From: Bacteroidales bacterium
Lineage (GTDB): Bacteria; Bacteroidota; Bacteroidia; Bacteroidales; WCHB1-69
Length of the DNA stretch: 64,000 bases
Direction: 5' to 3'
NCBI GenBank assembly: GCA_045130275.1
Contig: JBGUPL010000029.1
Span: 17,452-81,451 of the forward strand
Positions 45,533 through 54,100 of this stretch are shown here, piece by piece. The position numbers and the translations under genes are program-made. Below the pieces are notes generated by a model, which was not told the DNA's origin, made no database searches, and saw only the letters and a list, made by a program, of their open reading frames with translations. The first letter of the stretch is position 1. The number at the start of each line of letters is the position of its first letter.

Positions 45533-46072
45533 CTAACTACAGACTTGATAGATGTCAGGAAGATTCCGGCCGTAACCGTCGTAGTCGAGACCGCGGCCGA
45601 CAACGAACTTGTTGGGAATGTTGATCCCCACATAATGGACGGGCAGTTCCCCTTTGTAGGCATCGGGTTTCATCGTCATAGTGGCGATGCGCACATCCTT
45701 GGCACCAGCGTCCATGAGCATTTGGTGCAGATGACGGTAAGTGGCGCCGGTATCGACGATGTCTTCAAGGATGAGGATGCGTTTGCCGCGCACATCTTCG
45801 TTGAGACCGATGAGGTTGTTGATGTTGCCGGTGCATTCGGTGCCGCTGTAGGATGAGAGCTTCACGCAGGTGATACGGCAGGGGAAATCCAGCTGCTTCA
45901 GCAAATCCACGGCGAAAACGATGGCTCCGTTGAGGGTGATCAGCAGAATCGGGTCGTCGTAGCGGTATTCCAACATGATTTCAGCTGCCACCCGAGAGAT
46001 GGCTGTGTCAATTTCATTGGATGGAATGTATTTGACAAAAGTTTTGTCCAAAAGGGTGACTTTTTCGCTCAT
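45533..46072 (-). CDS. hpt: hypoxanthine phosphoribosyltransferase
   Basis: ILILEDIVDTGAT PRPP motif. Start set downstream of the -7 box at ~46100. Confidence 0.9.
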   Translation of the reverse strand: MSEKVTLLDKTFVKYIPSNEIDTAISRVAAEIMLEYRYDDPILLITLNGAIVFAVDLLKQLDFPCRITCVKLSSYSGTECTGNINNLIGLNEDVRGKRILILEDIVDTGATYRHLHQMLMDAGAKDVRIATMTMKPDAYKGELPVHYVGINIPNKFVVGRGLDYDGYGRNLPDIYQVCS

Positions 46073-46158
46073 ATCCACATTTTTTTGTGAGTGCAAAAGT
46101 ACAATTTTTTTGTGATGTGTGAACAGCGAATCGCGATCAGTGAATTATGCATTATAAA

Positions 46159-48504
46159 TTAAAACCCACGAGTGGTACGGGCACTGCTGGGGATCACGCT
46201 GCTGCGCGGGCGCACTGAGCCGCTGGAAACAGGCCGCGCGGTGGTCGAGGCCGTGCTCTTGGAAGCGGAAGTGTGTGTGCTGCCGGTGGAGGGTTTGGAG
46301 CTGGAAGAGGGAATTGTTCCTGATGTGGGCTTGGATCCCGAGACTGGTTTGCTGCCGGAGGTAGGGACGTTTGTCTTCGGCGTGGCGGGCTTCTCAGCCG
46401 CTGGCGGAACGTTCGCCTGCGCCACAGGTTCTCCACCGCCACTGTATCGCTTGTAGTTCGTGGTGCTACCCACACGGCTGATCCGCGAGGAGATGTTGTG
46501 ACCGCCGGTGGTGAGGAGATCGTTGTAGGTTACGATGACCGATGGCGTTTTCAGGTATCGGCCGCCGCTGTTGCGCAGACTGCCGACATAGTAATCCCGT
46601 ACCTTCGCCAGGTCGATTCCCAACAAGGTCAGGTTGTTCTTGCCTATGTGCCGCAACAGGTTGTTGATTTTCTGTGCCCGCAACATCCGGTCGTAAGTTT
46701 CACGGCTGTTAACGGTTGAGCCGCGCGGATAGGCCAAATAGCGAGCCAATATCGTGTATTCCTCCTCGGAAAGCCCCTTCAACATCGAACGCACCCCTCG
46801 GAATTCCTCAACCAAAGACCTCTTCTCGTTCTGGTTGACGTCCCGGTAGATGTTCTGTGTGTGTTCGTCGGTATAAGTGAAATTGTATTCGCGCTCGTTC
46901 TGCCGCAACTGCTTGTTGACCTGCTCCTCGCCGTATGTAGTGAAATGAAGGGAGGCAAGCGAATCGGAAACAGCGTCTATCTGGCTGTCGGTCAGATTTT
47001 TGAGCATATCCATCAAATCGCGGCAGGGCTTGGCCAACAGATAAGGTTTGTTGGCAGGGAAAGCGGGATGCAACAGTTTCCCTTTGTAGGTAATCCCGTT
47101 GTCCATAAACAGCTGATATAGCGCGACATACTGCACCACACGGGCTATGTCGGTGTTGCCGACGCGGGCGAAATAGTTGCCCGCCTGCCGCTCGTATTGC
47201 GACCCTGCGCTGACACCGCTGTTCTGCGAACGGAAATAGGAGACCGGCAGTGCCCCCGTGCGGTTGAGCGTGTATATCGTATATTCGGGCAGATCGATGG
47301 CGTACATCGTGTTGGCGGTGTTCCAGTTATATACCAACTCGCTGAGTCCCAGTTTTTTGAAAAGCGGGCGGTCGAATGGAAAACGCCCTGGGGATGGATA
47401 GTGGTAACTTGCTTCTTGGATAGTGCCGTTTTCCGACCAGTCCTTGAGCAGCACGTCGGTGATGGTGAGAAGATGTCCCAACTCGGTGTTCTCCAACTCG
47501 CGACTGAGGTAAGTGGGACACCAGTCGCGGCCGTTGCCCATCTTGCCGGCCATGCAGTCGTTGACATCGAGGCTTTGCGAGAGTTCCTTGCTGCTGATGG
47601 AGGCGATGAGAAGGACGGTTTCCACGCGCAGAGGCGGCAGCACCTCCAACGGGGTTTCGCGCTCGCGCCCGATGACCACCAATGTGGCAGAATCCCGCAA
47701 GGCGCCGAGGACAAGGTCCGCATCCAGCGCGAACCGGTGAATGTCGCCCGCTTGCTCGAAGAGGTCACTGTCACGACGGATGCTCCAAGCCACCAATCCC
47801 GGTTCCCGGCTGAAGAACACCCCGCGCCGCTGTTGCTGAAACATGTCGCTGACAGTCAAGTTGTTGGCTGTGTCGCTTTCGTCAATAAAAGCTTCCCCTG
47901 CGGCAAAGAACCAGTCGTCGAACTCGCCCAACGTAATCTGGTAGTCCAGATTGCCCTGGGTGAAATATTGACGTTTTGAACCCTCCAACAGGTTGAGGGC
48001 GTTGGGCTTATAGTCGGAGAGGAATTGTTGTTTGGAGATTTTGGCCACCAGATTGTCGAGGTTTTCGGTGGTGGCGTTGCCCAACACGATGGCCAGGTCG
48101 GTGACATGTCCGTCATAGCCGATTTTGAAAACCCGCTGCGAGGTCTGATGGGTGAACTTGCCGCAAATTGACTCGATGCTGTCAGGTTCGAGAAACGGTG
48201 CTGGTTCGGCGAGGAGGATAATGCGGCTGCTGTCGGAGAAAGTGGCGGTGGCGATGGTCTGGTAGTGCATCCGGAAATGTTGCCGGAAGTCGTTATAGAG
48301 CGAATCCAACTTCTGGAAGGCCATGGTGGATGCCAAATCCACATTTTGGTTAGGGATAAACTCTTTCTTGAGGATGACGGCGGTCTGTTGCCGGACGCTC
48401 TCCGCCAGCTTGGTGCGCCGCCCGAAAACGGCGAACAACCCCACCGCAAGGAGAACCGCCCCGCCGATGATGATTGCCGTTCTTTTGCTCTTCCAGTTCT
48501 TCAT
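46159..48504 (-). CDS. large N-terminally membrane-anchored hypothetical protein with Ser/Thr/Pro-rich C-terminal tail
   Basis: 781-aa ORF. TM helix TAIIIGGAVLLAVGLFAVF. ~90-aa low-complexity tail (PTSGSKPVSGSKPTSG...). No family recognised. Confidence 0.6.
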   Translation of the reverse strand: MKNWKSKRTAIIIGGAVLLAVGLFAVFGRRTKLAESVRQQTAVILKKEFIPNQNVDLASTMAFQKLDSLYNDFRQHFRMHYQTIATATFSDSSRIILLAEPAPFLEPDSIESICGKFTHQTSQRVFKIGYDGHVTDLAIVLGNATTENLDNLVAKISKQQFLSDYKPNALNLLEGSKRQYFTQGNLDYQITLGEFDDWFFAAGEAFIDESDTANNLTVSDMFQQQRRGVFFSREPGLVAWSIRRDSDLFEQAGDIHRFALDADLVLGALRDSATLVVIGRERETPLEVLPPLRVETVLLIASISSKELSQSLDVNDCMAGKMGNGRDWCPTYLSRELENTELGHLLTITDVLLKDWSENGTIQEASYHYPSPGRFPFDRPLFKKLGLSELVYNWNTANTMYAIDLPEYTIYTLNRTGALPVSYFRSQNSGVSAGSQYERQAGNYFARVGNTDIARVVQYVALYQLFMDNGITYKGKLLHPAFPANKPYLLAKPCRDLMDMLKNLTDSQIDAVSDSLASLHFTTYGEEQVNKQLRQNEREYNFTYTDEHTQNIYRDVNQNEKRSLVEEFRGVRSMLKGLSEEEYTILARYLAYPRGSTVNSRETYDRMLRAQKINNLLRHIGKNNLTLLGIDLAKVRDYYVGSLRNSGGRYLKTPSVIVTYNDLLTTGGHNISSRISRVGSTTNYKRYSGGGEPVAQANVPPAAEKPATPKTNVPTSGSKPVSGSKPTSGTIPSSSSKPSTGSTHTSASKSTASTTARPVSSGSVRPRSSVIPSSARTTRGF

Positions 48505-48512
48505 TCCACCAA

Positions 48513-49052
48513 TTACAAATTCCTAATTCCTAATTGAAAAACCGCTTCCCACAGCACGATTCCCGTGGCCACGGCGACGTTCAGCGAGTGTTTGGTGCCG
48601 AACTGCGGGATTTCAATGGCGGCATCGCACAACGGAAGCAGACCTTCGGAGATGCCGAACACCTCGTTGCCCACAAAAAGGGCAATCTTCCCGTATTTGG
48701 CAAAATCGAAATCCTGCAACATGACGGAGGTGTCGGTTTGTTCCACTAATATGACGGCATAACCATCTGATTTTAATTCTTTTGCAAGTTCAAGTACATC
48801 TTCTTTGTATCTCCACTCGACGCTTTCGGTAGCACCTAGAGCCGTCTTGCTGATCTCCTTCTGCGGTGGTGTGGCCGTGATCCCGCACAAGTAGAGCTTT
48901 TCGATGTTGAAGGCGTCGCACGTGCGGAACGCGGAACCCACGTTGTGCATACTGCGGATATTGTCAAGCACCAGCACCATCGGCGCCTTCGCTTGTCTCT
49001 TGAACTCCTCCGGGGTCACCCGCCCCAATTCCTCCATACTCAACTTTTTCAT
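48513..49052 (-). CDS. TrmH/SpoU family RNA 2'-O-methyltransferase
   Basis: VLDNIRSMHNVGSAFRTCDAF and GNEVFGISEGLL...IPQFGTKHSLNVAVA motifs. Confidence 0.85.
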   Translation of the reverse strand: MKKLSMEELGRVTPEEFKRQAKAPMVLVLDNIRSMHNVGSAFRTCDAFNIEKLYLCGITATPPQKEISKTALGATESVEWRYKEDVLELAKELKSDGYAVILVEQTDTSVMLQDFDFAKYGKIALFVGNEVFGISEGLLPLCDAAIEIPQFGTKHSLNVAVATGIVLWEAVFQLGIRNL

Positions 49053-49161
49053 ATATCAATTATTCTACGTTACTTTCTTCCATTCCGCCCGACGTTAGGA
49101 GGGCGGAATCTCCGACTTGCAAATGCACGTGATTGTCGAGACGATGTGTACCGTGTCTCTG

Positions 49162-50745
49162 TTAAAACGCGAAATCGTCCTCATACCCTTGCTGCGCCGG
49201 GTCGTTGCTTGCGCCACCACCATCGTCACCATTGACCGCGCTGTCATAATATTGGGCGGAGAAGTTCTCGTTTGGAGTGATGCCTGCACCTGGGGAAACG
49301 TAGTTCCCGCCGTCTCCGAACGAACCTTCGCTCACATCGCAGAATTTCGTGAATTGGCTCTGGAAGCGTACTTTGATGTTGCCGGTGCTGCCATGGCGGT
49401 TTTTCTCGAACATGATTTCGGCCATGCCGTCGGCAGGGGTGTTGTCCTCGAAAGTGTCCAGATGGTAGTATTCAGGACGGTAGATGAAGAGCACCATGTC
49501 GGCATCCTGCTCGATGGAGCCGGACTCGCGCAAGTCGGAAAGCATCGGGCGTTTGGATCCGCCACGAGTTTCCACGGCACGGCTCAGCTGCGACAGTGCG
49601 ATGACAGGGATGTTCAGCTCTTTGGCCAACGCTTTGAGGGATCGTGAGATGTAGCTGATTTCCTGCTCGCGGTTGCCGCCGTGCTTGGCGCTGTCGTTGC
49701 CGGCCTGCATCAATTGCAGGTAGTCGATGATGATCATTTGTATGTTGTATTTGTGCTTCAGACGACGGCATTTGGCGCGCAGATCGAAGACGGACAGCGC
49801 CGGGGTGTCGTCGATGATCAAGTTCGAGCTTTGCAGCCGGCCGACATTCTCCCAAATTTTCGACCATTCCACATCAGAAAGATTGCCTTTGGAAATATGG
49901 TCGGAAGGGATGCCCGACTCGATGGATAAAAGTCTGTGCACCAACTGGTCTGAGGACATTTCCAGTGAGAAGAAAGCGATGGGTTGGTCGTAATCGATGG
50001 CGGCGTTGCGAGCCACCGAAAGCACGAAGGAGGTCTTACCCATACCCGGTCGGGCGGCGAGGATCACCAGGTCGGACTTCTGCCATCCGCCGGTTTTCTC
50101 GTCGATGGCGCGGATACCGCAGGGCACGCCCTGCAACTCATCCTGGGACTCCCGGATTTCCTGCAGGTCGTCCAGCACCCGACTCACCACATCGCCAAGT
50201 TCCTTGCTGTCGCGGTGGAGATTGCTCTCCACGATGGAGAAGATTTTTGTCTCGGCCTCGTCAAGCAACTCCAGCACGTCGCGGCTCTCGTCGTAGGAGT
50301 CGGTCACGATGGTGTTGCACTGCTTGATGAGCTCCCGCAGGATGAATTTCTCCATCACGATGCGGGCGTGGTATTCCACGTTGGCGGCGGAGTTCAGCCG
50401 GTTGGTCAGCCCCGCCACATAGGAGGCCCCTCCGGAGAGTTCCAACTGCTTGTTTTTCTTCAGTTGGTTGGTGACCGTCAGCACGTCAATGGGCTGCGAG
50501 GCCGAGAAAAGCTGACGTATTGCGGTGAATATCTGTTGGTTGGCTTCTACATAGAACATTTCGGGTCTCAGCATGGCCAGCACTTCGGTCACGGCGTTGT
50601 CATCAATCATCAGGGCGCCGAGCACCGCCTCCTCGAACTCCACGGCCTGCGGGGTGAGCTTGCCGGTGGTGCCTAAGAGAGTGTCAATGCGGTTGTAGGA
50701 CATTGTCCGTGAGGGTCGGTTTGTTGTAATCGTTTCGTTATCCAT
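49162..50745 (-). CDS. dnaB: replicative DNA helicase
   Basis: AARPGMGKTSF Walker A, IIDYLQLM and ALSQLSRAVE motifs. Confidence 0.95.
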   Translation of the reverse strand: MDNETITTNRPSRTMSYNRIDTLLGTTGKLTPQAVEFEEAVLGALMIDDNAVTEVLAMLRPEMFYVEANQQIFTAIRQLFSASQPIDVLTVTNQLKKNKQLELSGGASYVAGLTNRLNSAANVEYHARIVMEKFILRELIKQCNTIVTDSYDESRDVLELLDEAETKIFSIVESNLHRDSKELGDVVSRVLDDLQEIRESQDELQGVPCGIRAIDEKTGGWQKSDLVILAARPGMGKTSFVLSVARNAAIDYDQPIAFFSLEMSSDQLVHRLLSIESGIPSDHISKGNLSDVEWSKIWENVGRLQSSNLIIDDTPALSVFDLRAKCRRLKHKYNIQMIIIDYLQLMQAGNDSAKHGGNREQEISYISRSLKALAKELNIPVIALSQLSRAVETRGGSKRPMLSDLRESGSIEQDADMVLFIYRPEYYHLDTFEDNTPADGMAEIMFEKNRHGSTGNIKVRFQSQFTKFCDVSEGSFGDGGNYVSPGAGITPNENFSAQYYDSAVNGDDGGGASNDPAQQGYEDDFAF

Positions 50746-50818
50746 ATCTTACAAAGTTTGGTTTTTTACTCGTTCGGGGCGGCAAATATCCGAAATTTTG
50801 TGAGGGTCTCGCGGGTGA

Positions 50819-50864
50819 GTTATCAACATTTCATCACAAGCGTTTGTGAACAATTGTTGATAAC
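50819..50864. other. 46-nt nested palindrome upstream of dnaB
   Basis: GTTATCAACA...TCACAA-GCGT-TTGTGA...TGTTGATAAC: outer 10-bp and inner 6-bp perfect arms. Confidence 0.6.
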
Positions 50865-50968
50865 TAGTGATTAGTGGTCAGTGAATTGTGATTAATGGTC
50901 AGTGAATTGTGATTAGTGAATTGTGTTCTTGCTAAACTTTGTCATGTCCACTGTGTCAGCAGAAAATG

Positions 50969-50976
50969 TATCTTTG
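50969..50976 (+). promoter_or_regulatory. -7 box TATCTTTG for the alpha-2-macroglobulin gene
   Basis: TAnnTTTG match ~220 nt upstream of the ATG at 51197. Confidence 0.55.
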
Positions 50977-51022
50977 CCGACGGAATATTTAATAATATTT
51001 CCTTAAGCAGCCCCGAAGGGGC

Positions 51023-51139
51023 AAGACGCGCGAAGCGCAAATAACCCCACACAAGGCGAAGCCGAAGTGTGGGGTGAACAAAAGCGAAAGACGCGCGAAG
51101 CGCAAATAACTCCACACAAGGCGAAGCCGCAGTGTGGGG
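51023..51139 (+). repeat. two tandem ~65-nt units, each with a CCCCACAC/GTGTGGGG hairpin, in the A2M leader
   Basis: The units 51023-51074 and 51088-51139 differ at 2 of 52 positions. Confidence 0.8.
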
Positions 51140-51196
51140 AGCATCCAATGTGGGGACGTATCGCATACGTCCATGTATAATCAAAATCAAAATATC

Positions 51197-54100
51197 ATGA
51201 AACGAACCCTAATCACCGCCACCATGGTCATCACCACCCTCATCACCGCCTCCGGACAGTCCCAGTCCCCGGCGGCAATCGCTAAGAAATGGGACGAAAT
51301 CCGCCACCTTTGCGAGAAATACGACAACGGTGCGGACTCCGCGTACCGCATCCTCAACGAACAGATCGCCGCCACGCAGAAGGACCCCGTGGCCAACGCC
51401 ATCTGGCACAGCTGTATGGGGCAATTTCTCTCGGAGTACTGCGACGGGAACCGCTACCGTATCAGTGAGCGGACCCAACTCGCCGAGGAGCCCCCCGCCG
51501 ATTTCAAGGAGTGGGATTTGAAAACGTTCCAACGGCGCGCACACGAGGAGTATTTGCTTTCGCTGCAGAATGCCCAAGCGCTTCAGACAGTGGATGCGAA
51601 GGAGTATTCGGAACTGTTGTATGAAAAGTCGGATAATAAACCGTATATCAGGTCTTTGTATGAAGTGCTGGCCTATCGCGCCCTGACCTGGTTCAGCTCC
51701 CAGTTGCGGAATGAACGCGCCGACCTTTCGCTCGCCGGCGATGCGCTTTGGCATAACGACCAATTTCTCGAAATGCCGTTACATATCACGGAAAACTCCA
51801 CGATGATGCAGACGGTGCTGTCTATTTATCAGGGACTTACCCGTCACTATCAGACTCAAGGTCAAGAGATGGAACTCATCCTGTTGACCATTGATCGTTA
51901 TAATTTCATGCGCAACCAAGGGTTTGCTCCCGATAATTCGATGGATTGGTACATCTCCTTCTTGGAGAAATGGGCGAAGGAGTGCGAGTCGATGCAGGGC
52001 TACGGACTCATCGCCTATCGGATAGGAAGCCTGTATCTGAATCAGTATCAAGATCTTATTCAAAATGGCGAGGGCCATTGGGAAGACCAATGCCGCGACA
52101 TCCTGCTCAAGGCGGAATCCTGGCTGAAGATAGCCATCAACGCCTCGGGCAAATCCTTCTATCGAGATGACGTGGACAAGACCCTCCGGGAGTTGCACGG
52201 CCGGACCGTCAGTGCGTACTCGCTTACCGGTGACCAAACGGTTTCTCCCACGGGTGAGCCTACCTTGTGGCGGGTTAAATATGTGAACTGCAAACAGTTG
52301 TACGTCTGGGTTGTCAAGGCCACCCCTGCCTCCATACAATTGCCGCAGAATAAGATATTCGCATTCTTGTCATCACAAAAACACGTGTATGATGAGATCG
52401 TGGAACTTCCTGATAATCAAGATATGATGACCCACATGGGACTCTACCTGTTGCCCAAACTGCCTGCCGGGGCTTACTGGTTCGTGGTCTCCGACCAGCC
52501 CCAGGAAAAGTGGGACAAAAATACCCCGCGCGAGTGCAGTCTGTTCCAAGTAAGCGACATAAAACTCCTGCCGCGAAGTGCGGATGACGGTTTGGAAGTC
52601 TTGGCGGTGCACAGAAAGACCGGCGAGCCGCTGTCCAATGCCAAGGTGACCATGAACAAATCCAAGCAAATCATAACCCGTACCACCGACCGAGACGGGT
52701 TCTGCCTGTTCGAACGGAAGGACAACCAGTATTCCGGATGCGACGGTTTTACAGCCACTTGGCAAGGACAGACCCTTTTGGCTGCAAATCGATTCAGCTG
52801 GTGGAGTAGAGGGGACTTATCCTTAAAAGACCGTATCAATGCCCACCTCTTTACCGACAGGTCGCTTTACCGTCCGGGGCAAACGGTGTATTTCAAGGGG
52901 ATTTTCGAGTTTATCTATGAAGATGAGAAGTCTGTCTTGCTCGCCGACACCTCCGTTAAGGTTATATTGAAGGATGCGAATTATCAGCAGGTGGACGAGA
53001 TTGAGTTGAGAACCAATGAGTTCGGATCCATCGCGGGTGAGTTTACCTTGCCTGAAGGCGGTCTGACGGGCATGTTCCATATTTATGCTTACGTGGACGA
53101 CCAATCGTTCAGCCATGCGATTTCCGTAGAGGAGTACAAGTTGCCGGCGTTTGAGGTGAAAGTCGAAATGCCGGAGGAAACGTTCACCATCGGACAGGAA
53201 GTGACGGTAAAGGGCAGTGCGATGGCGTTGGCGGGTTACCCGCTCGACGGCGCCTCGTTGAGCTACCGCGTGACCCGCAGCACCTCGTTCCCGTGGTGGC
53301 GCAGCTATTGGTGGCATCCCACCTCCGAACCGCTCGACGTGGCGCACGGCACCCTCGAAACCGATAATGACGGCATCTTCCGCATCTCCTTCCAAACGGA
53401 GGAGGACAAGACTTTGCGACAATACACCCCGCTCTACCGGTATGAGGTTTCGGTGGATGTCACCGACATCAACGGCGAGACCCACAGCGGTAGCACCGTG
53501 GTCTATGTCAGTAGTCGTAACCTGCTGCTGTCGTGTGATTTGCCTGGTGAGATTGCGGCTGGGAAAACGGACAACCAATATCGGATTTCGCTGACCAATA
53601 CGGCGGGAAAACCACAGAGCGGCACCGTCGGGTACGAGTTGTTCCGTCTGCAAGCCCCTGACCGTTATATGTATGAGGTGAAAAGCAAGCAGGATGTCGT
53701 GATTACTGATACGAACCTGATCCGTCAGAAGTTCCCGTGGCTGGCCTTCCATGACGAGCAGATGCGGGAGAACTGGCCGGCCGTCCCCATACAGAAAGGT
53801 ACTGTCGAGGTGAGCAAGGATTCTGCCGCCTATTTCACGTTCCCTGGCCTCGAGAATTTGCCGGATGGTTACTACAAGGTGCTGCTCTATACGGAGGATA
53901 ATAACGGAAATCGCATAGAATCAGAAGGCTACACTCTGATTTATCGTGAAGATAGCAAGAAGTGCAGCGCGTACAAGCAGCTGTGGGTGGCGATGGATAA
54001 TTCCGTCAACATCGGGGAGACGCTGACGATTACCCTCGGCAGCATCCTGCCCGAGGCGAATGTCCTTTGCGAAATCTACTCACACGACAAAAAGGTGTTT

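Noticed and set aside
50819-50864. Chromosomal origin (oriC) because of DnaA-box-like arms next to dnaB.
   Set aside because: There are only two near-consensus boxes (one palindrome). No cluster of DnaA boxes, no AT-rich unwinding element pattern and no dnaA/dnaN nearby.
51023-51139. Possible mini-CRISPR array (repeated hairpin-containing units).
   Set aside because: There are only two units, the 'spacer' is 13 nt, the units are 52 nt, and there are no cas genes in the window. It is a tandem duplication in a 5' leader.
51134-51196. N-terminal extensions offered by the ORF track. Examples: A2M from 51134, MarC from 26335, AraC from 3345, beta-helix protein from 17486, receptor from 29335, hpt from 46096.
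   Set aside because: The extensions run through promoter boxes, hairpins or low-complexity spacers. Some use TTG/GTG starts. Internal ATGs are followed by proper signal peptides or conserved N-termini.
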